DNA from: Eledone cirrhosa
Taxonomy: Eukaryota
Direction: 5' to 3'
Assembly (NCBI GenBank): GCA_964016885.1
Contig: OZ024741.1
Location: 357,492,001-357,556,000, forward strand
DNA length: 64,000 bases
Made by a program: the position numbers and the translations under genes
The notes under the pieces: generated by a model
Told to the model about the DNA's origin: nothing
Databases searched by the model: none
The model's input: the letters and a program-made list of their open reading frames with translations, nothing else
Shown here: piece after piece, positions 60,001-64,000 of the stretch
Layout: the number at the start of each line of letters is the position of its first letter
Numbering within the stretch: the stretch's first letter is position 1

Positions 60001-61569
60001 CGTATGGTGACAACAACAACAACAATAAGTGCTATAAGATTGCAAGAAATATAGTGGTGGTGGTGGGAGGGGACTTGTGAAGGTAATAACGAAAGTGATG
60101 GTGACAATGCAGGGGGGGGGGTTACAACAACAACAACAACAAGAGTGTTATAAGATTGTAAGAATCATAGTGGTGGGGAGGTTGTATTGGAAGTGGTGGC
60201 AATAGTAGTAGTCTTGTTGGCAGTGTAAGTGGTGGTGGTGGGCATGGCAGTGGAGATGGAGGTAGTGGTGACTGTATTGCCGGCAGTGTATGTGGTAGTG
60301 CTGATAGCAGAGGTGGCAGCGGTGGCGACCAGTGGTGGTGGTGTGGGGGTAGGGTGCAGGGGGAAATGATTAAGTAAACTGACATAATGTCAGGAAAAGA
60401 AAATGAGAAAAAGAAATGTCAAAAAAAAACAAAAAAACAAAAAACAAAAAACAAAAAAAAACGAAACAAACAAACAAAAAACGAAACAAACAAACAAAAA
60501 ACGAAATAAAACCAAAAACATCGCGGGGGGGGGGGGGGGGTAAAGTAGAGCAAGAAAGACAAGTTTGACTTATAGATTTGTAAGGAAGGATGGAAGAGTG
60601 GAAGGAAGGGAAGAAGGTGCAATGTTGGTTGGTTAGATAGATAAATAACTAGAACATGGTGTATGATAAGAAAAGAAAGAACGGAAGATATGTGAGTTGA
60701 GTTTAGCTAAGTCTTTCATTAATCACAACAAACCAAACCCTGGCTTCTTGTTCTTGTTTAGTCCCCTCCATCTCCCCCCCCCCCCCCCCAATCAATGATT
60801 AGGATCAAAGGCATTCCATCCCTAAATCACAGCCACACTAGCACATCATTTTTTTTTTCCAGAGATAAGCCAGAGGCTAGTTTAGAATAGGAACATCCTG
60901 TCCCTGTGCTTGTATTTCATAAAAAGTGGCTGACTAAAACATTCATTACCTTAAATATGAGCTTCATGATGAGTATCAGGTCTGTCATTAGGGTCTTGCA
61001 AAGCTGACATTTGCTTCAGCAGGCAAAACAGACTTAGAACACTTGTTATTGTTGTATTGTCAGGCTGGAACAGGAAGACCAGTTGACATGTGCCGACAAT
61101 TTTTGCAAGAGCCTATGATATTTGCAATGGCCAGTCATTTTTGCAAGGGCCTATACTTCCTGTTAGAGACAAAAGAGGGATTCTTTAATAAGAAATTACA
61201 TATTTTATTAATCGTTCTAGTTCTTTTATTCTTTTCTGCTACCTGTAAGTGCATCATGTACACAACATGTACATGTATATACCTATAATCTGTATATAGA
61301 TCATAGATCATATGTATTTATCACTGATTACCAATCTACCTACAGAACAGTTGGAAACAGGGTTCACATTTCACATTTGGCCTGTTACCAGCTTTGGGCC
61401 TGGGCCTGGCTACTACATATTATCCAATATGTCTTTCTTTTTCAAAAATAGTGGTATGTAATTTGAAGGAGATTTGATTGCTATTACTAGTAGGTTAAAC
61501 ATCCACATAAATGCTCATTTATTAGCTTAAGGAATCACAGGTGTTCTATTCTCTCTTCTTTGATCCCTA

Positions 61570-62700
61570 GCTGGCAGTTGACGAAGGCTGTCCTCTCAAC
61601 CAATACGGAGCTGTGGGTGCTGCGGGATGACAGACTCCGATCATGTTGTTCTTCCATGTTTTTTCATCTATGGCACTGACCTTAGCATGGTCGATTTGTA
61701 TTGTCCATGACTTCTTCAGTGCGCTGTGCTGGATTCTCCAGTGCATGGGTTGCTGTCAAGACAAAAGTTAGTGTGGTAGTCTTTCGGTGTTCATCCTGCA
61801 GCATGGCCAAACCACTGTAGCCTGTGTTGCCAGATTTGGCCTTCCATAGTCGGCTGTTGCTTCTGGCATTGTTCTCTTATGGTGTTGTTTGAGATTCCAT
61901 CGCATAGAGACACACCAAGAATTTGTTGAAGGTACCGCATATAGAACACCTTGAGCTTGTTCAGGTCTTGTTTGAGGATGACTCAGGTCTCATTGCTGTA
62001 CATGAGGACAGGTAGGACCAGCACGTGGAAAAAACGGATGTTGGTCCTTAGGGAGATATGAGGCTTCTTCCAGACACACCATTGAAGGGATCCAAATGCA
62101 GAAGTCGCAGACCTGATTAGGCAGTCGATCTCTGCTATTATCACCACTTTTTTCTCTGCAACCAGTGAGCTGAGATATTTGAACTCTTGGAGCTGCTCAA
62201 TCTGAATGCCATCAAGATGCACAATAGCTGGTGAACCATCTGTGTTAGAAATTTTGTCTTGTCTGCATTGATCCTGGGACCAAAAAGCCAAGTGAAGTGA
62301 GTAATGTTGTGCAAGATATCTGTTGCTTTGGCATCATTGTCAGTGAAAATGGTGCTGTCATTGGCAAACATGAGATTTGGTTGCAGCATTCACACCCAGG
62401 TCGGCAACCAACTTATTTTTCTCTGCCGGTCTGTTCGAGATGCTTTTGGAGCCGTGATTTAATGATTTTCATAAAGACCCAACGGTGGAGAGTAGGCTAA
62501 TGCCCCAGTAGTTTTTGCATTTCCTGCTGTCACCTTTCTAATGGATGTTAATGATGATAGTCTTCTTCCATCTAGGTTTTCTGTCTGATCATCATATGAG
62601 TTGGATGAGCATAAGGAGTCATCATTCAAGCTGCACTGTGCCTCCAGCCTTGATCGCTTCTGCAGTGACTTGATCCAAGCCAAGGACAATCCCAAGCTCA
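61570..62700 (-). mobile_element. RTE-clade LINE, RT to 3' end, internally deleted and decayed
   Basis: GLDQVTAEAIKAGG, KGDSRKCKNYWGISLLS, LMFANDS, INADKTK, EFKYLSS and LVLPVLMYSNET. Confidence 0.85.
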
Positions 62701-63745
62701 GCTGCAAAAGGAGGAGAGTGGTTACCTACCAAGGTAACCAGAACCAGGAAACTGGGGAAACCAGGCTAGAAACCATAAGTGTTCAGCTCAGGTTATATGC
62801 CTTCATTTTTTTTTTTTAGAACTGATGAAGAAAAGTTTCTTAACCCTTTCATTAGCATATTTCAAATGAAAGACACTGTCTATGATTGTATAATCATGTT
62901 GAAAATAATCAAAAATTTAGAAAGTTTTGGTAATATAACTAACTTTCTCACTATCAAGCTGATATTTGAAGCATAATTTAACAAAGGATTTAACAAAAAC
63001 GTTCAGTTTACAATTGTCAGGTCCAGGGTTCGATCCCTCTGCATAGCATCTTGGGCAAGTGTCTTTGCCACAGACTCGAGCTGTCGCAAGCCTTGTGAGT
63101 GAAATTGAGTAAACAGAAACTGTGGAAACCAGCCAGATGGATTGTACCTGTAATTCAAAAGTTCAGCCATGTCACATATTGTGTTGTGTTGATTCAGCTT
63201 ATGAATTACATTAAAGGTATACATGTTTGTGGAATATTCAACCATTTACACATTGATTCACGAGTTGAACATGTAGTATTCTTGAAATTATGAACTGCAA
63301 AATATTTTATGTTGTAACTTTTGTTGCTTTTATTAAACTATTGAAACTATATTGCCATTTTAAATAATAACAACTGACTTTGTGCCTAAAACACTAAGAA
63401 ATACATACATAATATCTAACCAATGTTCCCTTAGTCTAGATAAGTATATGTTGACTCAACCAACAATATACTTTTCTCATCAGACCACAATAATAAATAG
63501 TCTATTTCACATCAATAAGCTACTCATTAACTCTTTTGGGACCATATTTATAATGAAATACATTAATGATTAATGAAGAATTTTGAGAGATTTACTAAAA
63601 TTATAATTTATTTCATTACTAAATAACATAAGGTTCTTATATAGAATTATGCTCAAAAGATTTCAATTTAAAAAGAATCGCTTTAAAATGGGAACTTTTG
63701 TTTCATATAATCAGGCAAGTTTTGGGCAGGTTGGTGTTAATAAGG

Positions 63746-63974
63746 TTAACTCTTTAGCATTTACATTATTCAATATATACTATTGTATTTTTACTGTAAA
63801 GGCTTTACCTCACATAATTATCTCTCATAATATCGAAGCTATGAGATTTTGATGATATTTATTTTGAGAACAATATCTTAACATCGGTATGAGTGGTTGA
63901 TTATGACTGGTTTGAACAGAAAGAGCTGAGAGAATTTTGGCCAGATATGGCCGGCTTAAATATTAAAGGGTTAA
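63746..63974. mobile_element. piggyBac-type MITE (family 1)
   Basis: TTAA-CTCTTTAGCATTTA...TAAATATTAAAGGG-TTAA. Confidence 0.85.
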
Positions 63975-64000
63975 AGTCATAATAGGACATCCAGTTGAGT

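Noticed and set aside
61040-61180. Minus-strand splice acceptor and possible host exon
   Set aside because: Good polypyrimidine/AG but no convincing donor or recognisable coding sequence. RNA-seq would be needed.
62823-62840. CTGATGA hammerhead core
   Set aside because: No stem II before GAAA and no stem I pairing.

Overview
Repeat-dominated animal genomic DNA with no host protein-coding gene I can support. The SINE, RTE and microsatellite make-up looks like a cephalopod (octopus-like) genome; this is an inference from pattern recognition. About 17 kb (1985-19143) is one compound GTT/GGT satellite, which explains the four roughly 5,800-aa ORFs. The rest is a mosaic of decayed transposons: a near full-length CRE-type RT+RLE retrotransposon plus a rearranged second copy, a 5'-truncated I/Ingi-type LINE with RNase H inserted in an AAC microsatellite, many RTE fragments, three tRNA-derived SINE families, TTAA piggyBac-type MITEs, a probable Helitron, and TA-flanked Penelope-like inverted-repeat elements. 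The most notable hidden signal is a cluster of hammerhead ribozyme motifs from four unrelated sequence families at 42.6-56.1 kb. One has an intact core with a U3-A8 pair in place of C3-G8 on both strands, and one has a long extended stem II. I found no convincing wholly new system. The hammerhead cluster and the structured giant satellite are the best leads.
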